From assembly GCA_949948825.1 (NCBI GenBank), contig CATLIJ010000001.1, positions 1-50,773 of the forward strand: DNA of 50,773 nucleotides. The letters are read 5' to 3'. Source of the stretch: an uncultured Clostridiaceae bacterium (GTDB lineage Bacteria > Bacillota > Clostridia > Lachnospirales > Lachnospiraceae). The translations under genes were made by a program, and so were the position numbers. Position 1 is the first letter of the stretch, and each line of letters opens with the position of its first letter. Below are positions 9,039 to 20,105 of this stretch, in pieces. The notes below the pieces were generated by a model. It did no database searches. It saw only the letters and a list, made by a program, of their open reading frames with translations, and was not told the origin of the DNA.

Positions 9039-10409
9039 ATGGGAGAATTTTATAATCCATACCCAAAGCTGCCGAAAAATATCCGGCAGATTGGGGAGCG
9101 GGATTTGAATGTAAAGTTATATGTGGAGGATTATGTCAATACATATCTGAAACGTCTGTATCCGACCGGTGGACAAGATCTGCGGGTCGGCCTTTTGGTA
9201 GGCGAGGTCAGAACTCAGGAGGGGATGCCTTATCTTTTTGTGGATGGCGCTTTGGAGATGGAGGATGTGGTCCGGGACGGGAGCAAGGTGGATTTCACAG
9301 AAGAAGCATGGGATCGGGCCTATCATGCCATAGAAGAGATGTTTCCAAAACGGACTGTTTTGGGGTGGTTTTTGTGCAGTGTTCCGGACCGTGTGTTAAG
9401 TCCCTTAAATTACTGGAAGCAGCATGGAAGGTATTTTCCGGAGAAAAACCAGCTGATGTACTTAAGCTGCGGCCTGGAGGGGGAGGAAGCAGTGTATGTG
9501 GCGTCAGAGGACGGCTTCTATAAGCTGCGCGGGTATTGTATTTATTATGAAAGAAACCAGATGATGCAGGATTATATGGTGTCTAGGAGGGATGTGCGCC
9601 GGGTGGAGCAGGGAGCAAAGGAGACCATTATCCGGGATTTCCGCCAGAAAATGGAGGACAATAAAGAAGAAGCAAGGCGGAGACGTTCCACCCTGGGGAA
9701 TCTTCAGACAGCCTGCGGTGTTCTTTCTGTGCTGGTATTGGCCTGCGGTGTGGCCATGTTTAATAATTATCACCGGATTAAGGAGATGGAATCTGTGATC
9801 GCCTCTGCTCTGCCGGAGGACATGGAGGAGAAATGGTCCGGCTTTTTGGGAAAGGAGCCACAGACCAGGGAGCAGGGAGAGCTTTTGTTTGAGGAGGTAG
9901 CAGGGGAGGTATATCCGACCAAACCGGATCATGCCATTGAGCCGGAAAGCATGCCTTCCGGGGGAAATACAGTGATGGCAGGCAATGTGGGCGGGAACTT
10001 GGCTCCGAATACAGAGACGCAGGTTTTGGAGGGAGAGAGCATATTGCCAGCAGGGGCAGAGGGGGTGGATTTTGCGCCTGAATCAGAAAGCGGACAGGCT
10101 ACGCAGGCTGCGGCGGAAGGAGAGCAGCTTCAGGAGAGTGAAGCTGCCCGGGAATCAAAGGAGGCAAATTCAGATGCAGAGTCAGCAGCTTTTGGCGGGG
10201 AGTCGGGCAAGGAACCAGAGGCAGAGCCGGTTCAGGTACCGGCAGATGCCATTGTCCATGTGGTTCAGGAGGGGGAGACTCTCTATGGAATCTGCATTGA
10301 ATATTACCACAGTGTGAATCATCTGCCGCAGATCTGCCAGTGGAATCAGCTGGGAGATGAGAACCGTCTGACGGTTGGCCAGGAATTGTATTTGCCTCCA
10401 GTGGAATGA
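9039..10409 (+). CDS. LysM peptidoglycan-binding membrane protein with N-terminal MPN/JAB-like region
   Basis: C-terminal HVVQEGETLYGIC...GQELYLP LysM; one TM; acidic linker; N-terminal VGLLVG...VLGWF pattern. Confidence 0.8.
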   Translation: MGEFYNPYPKLPKNIRQIGERDLNVKLYVEDYVNTYLKRLYPTGGQDLRVGLLVGEVRTQEGMPYLFVDGALEMEDVVRDGSKVDFTEEAWDRAYHAIEEMFPKRTVLGWFLCSVPDRVLSPLNYWKQHGRYFPEKNQLMYLSCGLEGEEAVYVASEDGFYKLRGYCIYYERNQMMQDYMVSRRDVRRVEQGAKETIIRDFRQKMEDNKEEARRRRSTLGNLQTACGVLSVLVLACGVAMFNNYHRIKEMESVIASALPEDMEEKWSGFLGKEPQTREQGELLFEEVAGEVYPTKPDHAIEPESMPSGGNTVMAGNVGGNLAPNTETQVLEGESILPAGAEGVDFAPESESGQATQAAAEGEQLQESEAARESKEANSDAESAAFGGESGKEPEAEPVQVPADAIVHVVQEGETLYGICIEYYHSVNHLPQICQWNQLGDENRLTVGQELYLPPVE

Positions 10410-10486
10410 TTCAATGAAAAGCCTTTGACCCTGCCGGGAAAATGATGTATACTAAAGTTCAAGATTCACAGGCAGGAGATAAGGCC

Positions 10487-11752
10487 ATGGGTGATATGAG
10501 CTCTATGAGCAGGGAAAGCAAAAAACAGCAGCTTCGCCGTCAGATGATCACGCCAGGTAAGGATTTTCCTCCTGGCAGAAGCCAGAAGGAGGAACAGGAG
10601 TTATATGTTGCCCGACAGAAAAAACGGCGCAAAAATCTGATAAAGGCAGGGCTGGCTCTGGCACTGGTATTTGTCGCGGCAGGCGGATGGTTTTATTATC
10701 AGCAGATTTTCCGTTTTACTGAGTATGAGACCATACGGCAGATTCCTTTAAGCCAGGGAAGTCTGGTGGGATATGAGACCTTTGGAAAGAATGTGATCAA
10801 GTATACCAGAGACGGAGCTTCTTATGTGGATAACCGGGGAGCAGCGGTGTGGAATGACAGCTATGAGATGAAGCTTCCGATTGTGTCAGTAAACGGAGAT
10901 TATGCGGCAATTGCGGATCAGCAGGGCAATAAAATCTATATTTATAATACCAGCGGCAAGGTAGGGGAGGCGACTACCATTCTGCCGATAACCAAAGTGG
11001 CAGTATCCGGCCTTGGATTTGTGGCGGTAGTGGTGGAAGGGCCTGCGTCCAGCTATCTGTATTGTTTTACCAAGGATGGAAGTCCTCATGGAACAGAGAT
11101 GAAGGCCAATATATCGGGAAACGGATATATGATGGATATTTCTGTCTCAAAGGATGGCACTCAGATGATGGCTTCCTATGTTTATCTGAAAGGGGGACAG
11201 GCCAAAAGCCGGGTGGTGTTTTATGATTTTTCAGAGGTGGGGAAAAATCAGGCAACCCGTCTGGTGGGGGGCTTTGACGAGCCCTTTGAGAATGCGGTTG
11301 TGCCTCGTGTGGTGTATTTGAAGACACCCTATTCCTGTGCTTTTGGCAGCACGGGACCAGTATTTTTTTCCTCTAAGAATCTGTTAAAGCCGGAGATGCT
11401 GAGTCAGGTTCTGCTGGAGGAGGAAATCCAGGGTATTTTTTATTCCGATGAATATGTAGGCGTGGTTGTGTGGAATAATACCAATGAGGGAGAGCGGCGC
11501 CTGGAGGTGTACCGGGCAGACGGGAAACACGTGCTGAGTAAGGAATTTACTTACGATTATACTCATGCGGATATTGACGGAGAACTAATCTTTCTGTATA
11601 ATGATAACTCGTGTAGGATATATAATATGGCTGGGGTGGAAAAGCTGGATGCGGTTTTTGACTTTGCGGTGACAAAGATCCGCAGAGGATCTGCGCCCAA
11701 TACCCTTTTGGTAATCGGACCCCAGGAAATGCGGGAGATTAAATTAAAGTAA
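10487..11752 (+). CDS. Membrane-anchored beta-propeller-like protein (DUF5711-like)
   Basis: Basic N-terminus, one TM, beta-rich repeats; promoter TTGACC-17-TATACT at 10425-10453. Confidence 0.7.
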   Translation: MGDMSSMSRESKKQQLRRQMITPGKDFPPGRSQKEEQELYVARQKKRRKNLIKAGLALALVFVAAGGWFYYQQIFRFTEYETIRQIPLSQGSLVGYETFGKNVIKYTRDGASYVDNRGAAVWNDSYEMKLPIVSVNGDYAAIADQQGNKIYIYNTSGKVGEATTILPITKVAVSGLGFVAVVVEGPASSYLYCFTKDGSPHGTEMKANISGNGYMMDISVSKDGTQMMASYVYLKGGQAKSRVVFYDFSEVGKNQATRLVGGFDEPFENAVVPRVVYLKTPYSCAFGSTGPVFFSSKNLLKPEMLSQVLLEEEIQGIFYSDEYVGVVVWNNTNEGERRLEVYRADGKHVLSKEFTYDYTHADIDGELIFLYNDNSCRIYNMAGVEKLDAVFDFAVTKIRRGSAPNTLLVIGPQEMREIKLK

Positions 11753-11792
11753 CAGGAACCTGACATACATACAGAACATGAGGAGGATACCA

Positions 11793-13784
11793 ATGAATCA
11801 GTTAGATACATTGTCAGTAAACGGGATTCGTATATTATCTGCAGATGCAATTGAAAAAGCCAGTTCCGGTCATCCGGGGCTGCCTTTAGGGTGCGCCCCT
11901 ATGGCCTATGAGCTGTGGATGAACCATTTAAGCCACAATCCGGCGGACCCGGACTGGGCGAACAGGGACCGGTTTGTCCTGTCCGGCGGACATGGTTCCA
12001 TGCTGCTCTATTCATTGCTTCATTTGTTTGGATATGACGGATTGTCAAAAGAGGATTTGATGGAATTCAGACAGCTTGGCTCCCGGACGCCCGGACACCC
12101 GGAATATGGGCATACGGCGGGAGTGGAGGCTACTACCGGTCCTTTGGGGGCAGGTATGGGGATGGCCGTGGGCATGGCTATTGCGGAGACCCATCTGGCG
12201 TCTGTATTTAACCGGGAGGATTACCCGGTTGTGGATCATTACACGTATGCCCTGGGCGGCGACGGATGTATGATGGAGGGGATCTCATCCGAGGCATTTT
12301 CCCTTGCAGGCACTTTGGGCCTGGGGAAGCTTATCATACTTTATGATTCCAATAAAATTTCAATAGAAGGCGATACGGATATTACGTTTTCAGAAGATGT
12401 GACAAAAAGGATGGAAGCTTTTGGATTCCAGACTCTTTATGTGGAGGATGGCAATGACCTGGAGGCCATTGGCCGAGCGATAGAGGCGGCAAAGGCCGAT
12501 ACGTCCCGTCCCTCCTTTATCACCATCCGCACAGAGATCGGCTATGGATGTCCGGCGAAGCAGGGGAAGGCAAGCGCTCATGGAGAACCCCTGGGAGCAG
12601 GAAACGTGGAGGCATTGCGGGAGAACCTGGGTTGGGAGTACTCAGAGCCGTTTTTTGTGCCGGAGGAGGTTTATGAGCATTTCCGCAGGGCTTCTCTGGA
12701 AAAGGCAGAAAGCGAGGCAGCGTGGAAGGTGATGTTTGCTGCCTACTGTCAGGAGTATCCGGAGATGGAAAAGCTGTGGAGCCTGTACCATGAAGACGGA
12801 AACCATGAGGCGGCCAATGCTCTTCTTCAGGAGGAGGAGCTGTGGGAGGCTCTGAAAAAGGCAGATGCCACAAGAAATGCTTCAGGGAAGATTCTGAACC
12901 GTCTGCAGAAGCTTCTGCCGAATCTTATGGGCGGTTCTGCAGACTTAGGCCCCTCCAACAAGACCATTATGGACCAGGCCGGAGATTATTCCTCTGCCAA
13001 TCCTCAGGGCCGCAATCTTCATTTCGGCGTGCGGGAGATGGCTATGACTGCGATTGGTAACGGACTGATGCTTCATGGGGGAATGCGTGCTTATGTTGCC
13101 ACGTTTTTCGTGTTCAGCGATTACACAAAGCCCATGGCCCGTCTGTCTGCCTTGATGAAAGTGCCGCTGATTTTTGTGTTTACCCATGACAGTATCGGAG
13201 TAGGAGAGGATGGACCGACCCATGAGCCAATCGAACAATTAGCCATGTTCCGTTCCATTCCGAATTTCCATGTATTCCGTCCCTGTGACGGAGTGGAGAC
13301 AGCTGCTGCATGGTACAGCGCAGTGGCTTCTGACCATACGCCCACAGCGCTGGTGTTAAGCCGCCAGAAGCTTCCGGCTGTGGCAGGAACCAGCAGGGAA
13401 GCCCTGAAGGGGGCTTATGTGCTGGCAGACTGTGAGGGACTTCCGGAGCTGATTTTGATTGCGTCGGGTTCAGAGGTGGCGCTGGCAGCAGAGGCAAAAG
13501 CAATTCTTGACAAGGAGGGCCGCAGGGTACGGCTGGTTTCCATGCCTTCCATGGGAATATTTGAAGAACAGACAGAAGAGTATAAGGAATCTGTGCTTCC
13601 AAGAGCAGTGCGTAAACGCGTGGCAGTGGAAGCTTTGAGCGGTTTCGGATGGCACCGCTACGTGGGTCTGGACGGCGCTCTGGTCACGATGGATGGATTC
13701 GGCGCCAGCGCTCCGGCAGCTCAGCTGTTTGAGCATTTTGGTTTTACTGTGGAGCATATTTTGGAAGTGGCAAGAAGCCTATAA
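11793..13784 (+). CDS. tkt: Transketolase
   Basis: [21 protein letters not shown] and [16 protein letters not shown] motifs. Confidence 0.97.
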   Translation: MNQLDTLSVNGIRILSADAIEKASSGHPGLPLGCAPMAYELWMNHLSHNPADPDWANRDRFVLSGGHGSMLLYSLLHLFGYDGLSKEDLMEFRQLGSRTPGHPEYGHTAGVEATTGPLGAGMGMAVGMAIAETHLASVFNREDYPVVDHYTYALGGDGCMMEGISSEAFSLAGTLGLGKLIILYDSNKISIEGDTDITFSEDVTKRMEAFGFQTLYVEDGNDLEAIGRAIEAAKADTSRPSFITIRTEIGYGCPAKQGKASAHGEPLGAGNVEALRENLGWEYSEPFFVPEEVYEHFRRASLEKAESEAAWKVMFAAYCQEYPEMEKLWSLYHEDGNHEAANALLQEEELWEALKKADATRNASGKILNRLQKLLPNLMGGSADLGPSNKTIMDQAGDYSSANPQGRNLHFGVREMAMTAIGNGLMLHGGMRAYVATFFVFSDYTKPMARLSALMKVPLIFVFTHDSIGVGEDGPTHEPIEQLAMFRSIPNFHVFRPCDGVETAAAWYSAVASDHTPTALVLSRQKLPAVAGTSREALKGAYVLADCEGLPELILIASGSEVALAAEAKAILDKEGRRVRLVSMPSMGIFEEQTEEYKESVLPRAVRKRVAVEALSGFGWHRYVGLDGALVTMDGFGASAPAAQLFEHFGFTVEHILEVARSL

Positions 13785-13945
13785 AAGAGAGACACCAGAA
13801 CTCTGGCATATGAATGCGGGGGCTCTGGTGTTTTTTGAGTAAAATATTGTACATCTTTTACTTGCATTCAAATATACTTTCTTTTATACTACAGCTAGCC
13901 ATATTTAACCATAACAAATCAAAAGGAAAATGGAGGAGAGTATAT

Positions 13946-14890
13946 ATGGAGAAAATGTGTATTGGCATTGATATTGGGGGAACCACGGTAAAGCTTGGGC
14001 TGTTTACGGCCAGCGGCCAGCTGCTTGACAAGTGGGAGGTGGAGACCAGAAAGGAAGACGGCGGCAAATATATTTTAGAAGATGTGGCTGCTTCTATTAA
14101 AGCAGTTCTGGCTGAAAAGAAAATCAGCATGAGTGATGTGGCGGGAGCAGGCATGGGAGTTCCAGGGCCAGTGATGCCAGATGGGTTTGTGGAGGTCTGC
14201 GTGAACCTGGGATGGAGAAATCTAAATCCTCAGACACAGCTTAGCAGTCTGCTGGACGGCCTTCTTGTCAGAAGCGGCAATGACGCCAATGTTGCAGCTC
14301 TTGGAGAGATGTGGCAGGGAGGCGGCAAGGGATATACGGATATTGTGATGGTGACATTGGGAACCGGCGTGGGCGGCGGTGTGATTATAGATGAGAAAAT
14401 CATTGCAGGCAAACATGGGCTGGGAGGTGAGATCGGCCATATTCATGTGCGGGACGAGGAGCAGGAGCACTGTAATTGCGGCGGTGTGGGGTGTCTGGAG
14501 CAGATTGCAAGCGCCACAGGAATTGCCAGGGAAGCCCGGAGAAAGATGGCAGCAACCGATGCGCCCTCTTCCATGCGGCAGTACGGTGACAAGATCACAG
14601 CAAAGGATGTGATGGATGAGGCAAAGGCAGGAGATGCCATGGCTTTGGAGGTGGCGGAGACCGTGGGGCGGTATTTGGGCCTGGTGCTGGCGCAGATCGC
14701 TTTGACTGTGGATCCTCAGATGTTTGTCATTGGCGGCGGCGTGTCCAGAGCCGGTGAGTTTTTGCTGAACCGGATTGAAAAATATTATGATTACTATTCA
14801 ACGATTTCCAAAAATAAGGGAAGGATCGGATTGGCAGAGCTGGGAAATGATGCTGGGATTTATGGTGCAGCCCGACTGGTGTTAGGATAA
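13946..14890 (+). CDS. glcK: ROK-family glucokinase
   Basis: GIDIGGT, NDANVAALGE, GEIGH and CNCGGVGCLE motifs. Confidence 0.92.
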   Translation: MEKMCIGIDIGGTTVKLGLFTASGQLLDKWEVETRKEDGGKYILEDVAASIKAVLAEKKISMSDVAGAGMGVPGPVMPDGFVEVCVNLGWRNLNPQTQLSSLLDGLLVRSGNDANVAALGEMWQGGGKGYTDIVMVTLGTGVGGGVIIDEKIIAGKHGLGGEIGHIHVRDEEQEHCNCGGVGCLEQIASATGIAREARRKMAATDAPSSMRQYGDKITAKDVMDEAKAGDAMALEVAETVGRYLGLVLAQIALTVDPQMFVIGGGVSRAGEFLLNRIEKYYDYYSTISKNKGRIGLAELGNDAGIYGAARLVLG

Positions 14891-15108
14891 TTGTATTTGG
14901 ATATAACATGAGGAGACCCCGGAGGACTTTCGTCCAACCGGGGCAATTATGAAAAATCTATGTGCAATTTTACTAGCGAATTGAAATGTTTTCTTGACTT
15001 TCTATACAATTAGTATAAAAATAAGATGTGAACGGAATATGAACACATTGTAAATAGATTGTAACGCTTAGAGAGTACATGGAGAAACGGATTTTGTGGG
15101 AGGAGATC

Positions 15109-16776
15109 ATGGATGCAGAGAGAAAAAAGAAGACCATTGTAATCGGGCATAAAAACCCGGATACGGATTCCATCTGTTCAGCGATTTGCTACGCCAGACT
15201 GAAGAGGGCGATTACAGGCAATGCATATGAACCGCGGCGGGCAGGGCATATTAATGAAGAGACCCGGTTTGTGCTGGATTATTTTGGGGTGGATGCGCCC
15301 CATCCGGTGGAGAGTGTCAGGACCCAGGTGCGGGATGTGGAAATCCATGAGGTACAGGGAGTGGACAGAAATATTTCCCTGAAAAAGGCATGGAACCTGA
15401 TGCAGGACGGGAATGTGGTGACTCTTCCGGCTGTGAGCAGCGACGGGAAGCTGGAGGGGCTGATTACGGTTGGGGATATTGCCAAGACTTATATGAATGT
15501 GTATGACAGCAGCATTCTGTCAAAGGCACGGACCAGTTACAGCAACATTCTGGAAACTCTGGAGGGAGCTTTGCTGGTGGGAGATGAGACAAAATGCTTT
15601 GAAGAGGGAAAGGTTCTGGTTGCTGCGGCTAATCCGGACATGATGGAGTATTATATTTCTCCCCATGACCTGGTGATTTTAGGCAACCGGTATGAATCCC
15701 AGCTCTGCGCCATTGAGATGGAGGCAGACTGCATTATTGTCTGTGAAGGTGCAGCTGTGTCCATGACCATCCGCAAGCTTGCCCAGGAGCGGGGCTGTAC
15801 AGTGATTATGACTCCCTATGATGCTTATTTTGTGGCGCGTCTTATTAATCAGAGCATGCCTATTGAGTATTTTATGAGGACAAAGGGGCTGATCACTTTT
15901 CAGGATACGGACTGTATTGACGATATCCGGGATGTGATGGCAAGCAAGAGGCACCGGGACTTTCCTGTTTTGGACCGGGACGGCAGGTATCGGGGCATGA
16001 TCTCCCGCCGGAATCTTTTGGGAGCCAGAGGAAAGCAGATTGTTCTGGTGGATCACAATGAGCGGAGTCAGGCTGTGGATGGAATTGAAAATGCAGAGAT
16101 TTTAGAGATTATTGACCATCATAAGCTTGGCACAGTGGAGACCATAGCTCCGGTGTTTTTCCGCAACCAGCCTGTAGGGTGTACAGCTACCATTGTTTAT
16201 CAGATGTACCAGGAAAACCGTGTGGAAATCGACAAGGCCACAGCCGGACTTTTATGCAGCGCCATTATATCGGATACCCTGCTGTTCCGCTCTCCGACCT
16301 GCACGCCCATGGACCGGCAGGCAGCTCTGGCTCTGGCAGAGACTGCAGGGATTCAGGTGGAAGCCTATGCAGGGGAAATGTTTGCAGCAGGAAGCAACCT
16401 GAAGGGAAAAAGCAATGAAGAGATCTTTTATCAGGATTTTAAGCGGTTCAGCGCCGGAAAGGTGTCCTTTGGCGTGTCTCAAATCAGCTCTCTCAATGCA
16501 GAGGAGTTAAAGGAGCTGAAGGGACGGCTGTTGGATTATATGAAAAAGGTTCAGAAGGAGTCCACTGTGGATATGCTCTTTTTCATGCTTACCAACATCC
16601 TCACAGAGTCCACAGAGCTGTTATGTGTGGGAAACGGGGCAATCGGCCTGATTCAGATGGCGTTTCATGTGGATCAGAAAAAAGAGGAGGAGGACGGAGA
16701 GTCTTTGGAGCTGCCCGGAGTGGTATCCAGAAAGAAACAGCTGATTCCTGCGATTATGGTGGCCTGTGAAGGATAG
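15109..16776 (+). CDS. ppaC: Mn-dependent inorganic pyrophosphatase with CBS/DRTGG insert
   Basis: GHKNPDTDS, LVDHNE, IIDHH, SDTL and SRKKQ motifs; CBS repeats. Confidence 0.93.
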   Translation: MDAERKKKTIVIGHKNPDTDSICSAICYARLKRAITGNAYEPRRAGHINEETRFVLDYFGVDAPHPVESVRTQVRDVEIHEVQGVDRNISLKKAWNLMQDGNVVTLPAVSSDGKLEGLITVGDIAKTYMNVYDSSILSKARTSYSNILETLEGALLVGDETKCFEEGKVLVAAANPDMMEYYISPHDLVILGNRYESQLCAIEMEADCIIVCEGAAVSMTIRKLAQERGCTVIMTPYDAYFVARLINQSMPIEYFMRTKGLITFQDTDCIDDIRDVMASKRHRDFPVLDRDGRYRGMISRRNLLGARGKQIVLVDHNERSQAVDGIENAEILEIIDHHKLGTVETIAPVFFRNQPVGCTATIVYQMYQENRVEIDKATAGLLCSAIISDTLLFRSPTCTPMDRQAALALAETAGIQVEAYAGEMFAAGSNLKGKSNEEIFYQDFKRFSAGKVSFGVSQISSLNAEELKELKGRLLDYMKKVQKESTVDMLFFMLTNILTESTELLCVGNGAIGLIQMAFHVDQKKEEEDGESLELPGVVSRKKQLIPAIMVACEG

Positions 16777-16828
16777 GGAAAAGGAGACCAGAGAGACAGC
16801 TTTGGTCCCAAAAGGAGCAGGAGGAGAA

Positions 16829-17482
16829 ATGCAGATTAAAAAGAAAAAACCAGTTTCTCCCAATAGAGAGACGTGGAAGCCGGGAAACATGCTGTATCCA
16901 GCTCCGGCAGTAATGGTCAGCTGCAAGGGCGCCGGGGGAAAGCCCAACATTATTACTGTGGCATGGGCAGGCACCATCTGTTCAGATCCGCCCATGCTTT
17001 CCATATCTGTGAGAAAAGAGCGGTATTCCTATGGCCTGATTGAGGAGAGCAGGGAGTTTGTGGTAAATCTGGTGAACCGCTCCCTGGTATTTGCGGCAGA
17101 TTACTGCGGCGTGAAATCCGGAAGGGATGCGGACAAGTTCCAGGATATGGGACTGACTCCGGTATCCCTTCCTCATGTAGCTGCGCCTGGAATCGGGGAA
17201 AGCCCTGTGTGCCTGGAATGTAAGGTGACACAGCAGATTCCTTTGGGAAGCCATGATTTGTTTTTGGCAGAGATTGTGGGCGTGTCTGTGGACGGAAGCT
17301 ATCTGGATGACAAGGGGAAGCTTCATCTGAATGCCAGCAGTCTGGCAGCCTATTCTCATGGGGAATATTTTGCCCTGGGAGAAAAGCTGGGAAGCTTTGG
17401 ATATTCGGTGCGGAAGAAACCGTTAAAGAGAAAAAGCCCAAAAGCGCAAAGGCCAGGAACCCACAAAGGAGTTAAGACATGA
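16829..17482 (+). CDS. Flavin reductase family protein
   Basis: YPAPAVMVS, CGVKSGRDADKF and GSHDLFLAEI motifs. Confidence 0.9.
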   Translation: MQIKKKKPVSPNRETWKPGNMLYPAPAVMVSCKGAGGKPNIITVAWAGTICSDPPMLSISVRKERYSYGLIEESREFVVNLVNRSLVFAADYCGVKSGRDADKFQDMGLTPVSLPHVAAPGIGESPVCLECKVTQQIPLGSHDLFLAEIVGVSVDGSYLDDKGKLHLNASSLAAYSHGEYFALGEKLGSFGYSVRKKPLKRKSPKAQRPGTHKGVKT

Positions 17483-17988
17483 AATCCAATATTACTTTAA
17501 TCGGCATGCCTGCCTCTGGCAAAAGCACCATTGGCGTGCTGCTGGCAAAACGCCTAGGCTTTTCTTTTCTGGATGTGGATTTGGCGATTCAGGAGAAAAC
17601 CGGAAAGCTTCTGAAAGAAATCATTGCCCAGGAGGGCATGGAGGGGTTTTTAAAGACAGAAGAGAGAGTGAATCAGCAGATTCAGGTAAAGCGTACTGTG
17701 ATTGCGCCGGGAGGAAGCGTGATTTACGGGCCAAAAGCCATGGCCCATTTAAAGGAGATCAGTCAGATCGTGTATCTGAAGCTTTCCTATGAAGAAGTGG
17801 TCCGGCGGTTGGGGGATCTGACGGACCGGGGCGTGGCAGTGAGGGAGGGCATGACCCTTAAGGATTTATATGAGGAGAGAGTGCCTTTATATGAAGCGTA
17901 TGCAGATCTGACGGTCTGTGAGGGAGACCGGGGGCCAGGAGCAGTGGTGGATGAGCTGCGGGCTATTATGGAAAGGAGGATATTATGA
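17479..17988 (+). CDS. aroK: Shikimate kinase
   Basis: IGMPASGKST P-loop, GGS, ERVPLYE. Confidence 0.88.
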   Translation: MKSNITLIGMPASGKSTIGVLLAKRLGFSFLDVDLAIQEKTGKLLKEIIAQEGMEGFLKTEERVNQQIQVKRTVIAPGGSVIYGPKAMAHLKEISQIVYLKLSYEEVVRRLGDLTDRGVAVREGMTLKDLYEERVPLYEAYADLTVCEGDRGPGAVVDELRAIMERRIL

Positions 17989-19187
17989 AATATATTGTAA
18001 TGCTGGGAGACGGAATGGCAGACAATCCCATAGAGGCCCTGGGGGGAAGGACCCCTTTGGAGGCGGCAAAAAAGCCAAATATTGACCGGCTGGCCAGAAC
18101 CGGAGAGCTGGGGATGGTAAAGACAGTGCCAGACGGCATGAAGCCAGGGAGCGATGTGGCGAATCTTGCAGCCATGGGATATGATCCCAAGGTCTGTTAC
18201 ACAGGACGTTCTCCCCTGGAGGCAGTCAGCATTGGAATTAAGATGGAGGATTCGGATGTGGCTTTCCGCTGCAATCTGGTCACTCTGTCAGAGGAGGAGG
18301 AGTACGAGAACAGGCGGATGGTAGATTACAGCTCCGGAGAGATTACCACCAAAGAGGCAGCAGAGCTGATGGAGGCAATCCAGAAAGCATTTGGGACCGA
18401 TGAGATTCAATTTTATCCGGGAATCAGCTACCGCCATTGCATGATCTGGCATGGGGGGCCGGTGGGGCTGAATCTGACCCCTCCCCATGATATTTCTGAC
18501 AAAACGGTTACATCGTATCTGCCGGAGAACCCGGTGATTCTGGACTTGATGCGCCGCAGCAGCGAGATATTAAAGGATCATCCAGTCAACCAGGCAAGAA
18601 AGGCCAGGGGGCTGAATCCGGCCAATTCCATCTGGCTGTGGGGAGAGGGGACCCGTCCGGCTGTGTCTGGCTTTGAGGCAGCATATGGGGTGAAGGGGTC
18701 TGTGATTTCAGCTGTGGATCTGATTAAGGGAATCGGCCTCTGCGCAGGCATGAAGGTGATTGAGGTAGAAGGAGCCACAGGAAACATTGACACCAATTTT
18801 AAAGGAAAAGGAGAGGCTGCCTTAAAGACTCTGTCAGAGGGACAGGATCTGGTCTATATCCATGTGGAGGCTCCGGATGAATGCGGCCATCACGGAGATC
18901 TGGAGGGAAAAGTCCGGGCCATTGAACTGATTGACGAGCAGATTGTCGGGCCGCTTCTGGAAGGTTTGGAGGCGGCAGGGGAGGAGTATTCCATTCTTGT
19001 CATGCCAGATCATCCCACCCCTCTTGCCATCAAGACCCATGTGGCAGATCCGGTTCCGTATCTTTTGTACCGGAGCAATGGGGCGGCAGGGGACGGAGCG
19101 GATACCTATACAGAGAAGACAGCAGCTGCCACAGGGCGGTATGTGGACCATGGATATGAGCTCATGGGGAGGCTGCTGGGAAAGTAG
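17985..19187 (+). CDS. apgM: Cofactor-independent phosphoglycerate mutase (archaeal type)
   Basis: GDGMAD, PGSDVAN, HVEAPDECGH and PDHPTP motifs. Confidence 0.92.
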   Translation: MKYIVMLGDGMADNPIEALGGRTPLEAAKKPNIDRLARTGELGMVKTVPDGMKPGSDVANLAAMGYDPKVCYTGRSPLEAVSIGIKMEDSDVAFRCNLVTLSEEEEYENRRMVDYSSGEITTKEAAELMEAIQKAFGTDEIQFYPGISYRHCMIWHGGPVGLNLTPPHDISDKTVTSYLPENPVILDLMRRSSEILKDHPVNQARKARGLNPANSIWLWGEGTRPAVSGFEAAYGVKGSVISAVDLIKGIGLCAGMKVIEVEGATGNIDTNFKGKGEAALKTLSEGQDLVYIHVEAPDECGHHGDLEGKVRAIELIDEQIVGPLLEGLEAAGEEYSILVMPDHPTPLAIKTHVADPVPYLLYRSNGAAGDGADTYTEKTAAATGRYVDHGYELMGRLLGK

Positions 19188-19196
19188 AGGTTTTTT

Positions 19197-20069
19197 ATGT
19201 TAGAGAAATACAAGCACAATCTGATTGTGCGGAGAATGATAACAATTGTGGCAGTAGTTGTGTCTGCTTTGCTGCAGACCTTTGTGATCCAGTCCTTTAT
19301 TCGTCCGGCCCAGCTTTTGTCCGGGGGATTTACAGGGATTGCCATATTGCTGGATGACATTGCGTCTCTGTATGGGAAAAGCTTTTCCACATCATTGGGG
19401 ATTCTGGTGTTAAATATTCCGGTAGCCATATTGTGCAGCAGAAGCATCAGCAAACGGTTTACCTTTTACTCGGTCTTACAGGTTTTTTTGGCAAGCTTAT
19501 TCCTGAAAATCTGTGATTTTCAGCCGATTTTCCAGGATTTGATGCTGAATGTGCTCTTTGGAGGGTTTCTGTACGGAATCGGAATTGCAATCGCTTTGCG
19601 GGGCAATGCGTCCACAGGAGGAACGGATTTTATTGCTCTTTATGTGTCCAACAAGACCGGGAGGTCCATATGGGAATATGTGTTTGCTGGAAATGTGCTG
19701 ATCCTGTGCGTGTTTGGGGCTATGTTTGGATGGCTGTATGCAGGATATTCCATTTTGTTCCAGTTTGTTTCCACCAAGACCATTTCTGCTTTCCACCACC
19801 GTTATGAGCGGGTGACGTTGCAGATTACCACCACAAAGGCAGAAGAGGTGATCCGCGCATATGTGGCCAGGTGCCGCCATGGCATTTCCTGTGTGGAGGC
19901 CATCGGAGGGTACAGCCATCAGAAAATGTATCTGCTTCATACTGTTGTTTCTTCCTATGAAGCGGCAGATATTATCCGGCTGATGCGTGCCGTGGACCCG
20001 CAGATTATCATAAATATAATAAAGACGGAAAATTTTGTGGGGGGCTTTTATCAGGCTCCTATGGATTAG
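19197..20069 (+). CDS. YitT family membrane protein
   Basis: LLSGGFTG, LNIP and STGGTDFIA motifs; multiple TMs. Confidence 0.9.
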   Translation: MLEKYKHNLIVRRMITIVAVVVSALLQTFVIQSFIRPAQLLSGGFTGIAILLDDIASLYGKSFSTSLGILVLNIPVAILCSRSISKRFTFYSVLQVFLASLFLKICDFQPIFQDLMLNVLFGGFLYGIGIAIALRGNASTGGTDFIALYVSNKTGRSIWEYVFAGNVLILCVFGAMFGWLYAGYSILFQFVSTKTISAFHHRYERVTLQITTTKAEEVIRAYVARCRHGISCVEAIGGYSHQKMYLLHTVVSSYEAADIIRLMRAVDPQIIINIIKTENFVGGFYQAPMD

Positions 20070-20105
20070 TATGGCAAGCTTTAGGAAGAAAGGGATGGAA
20101 GGATT

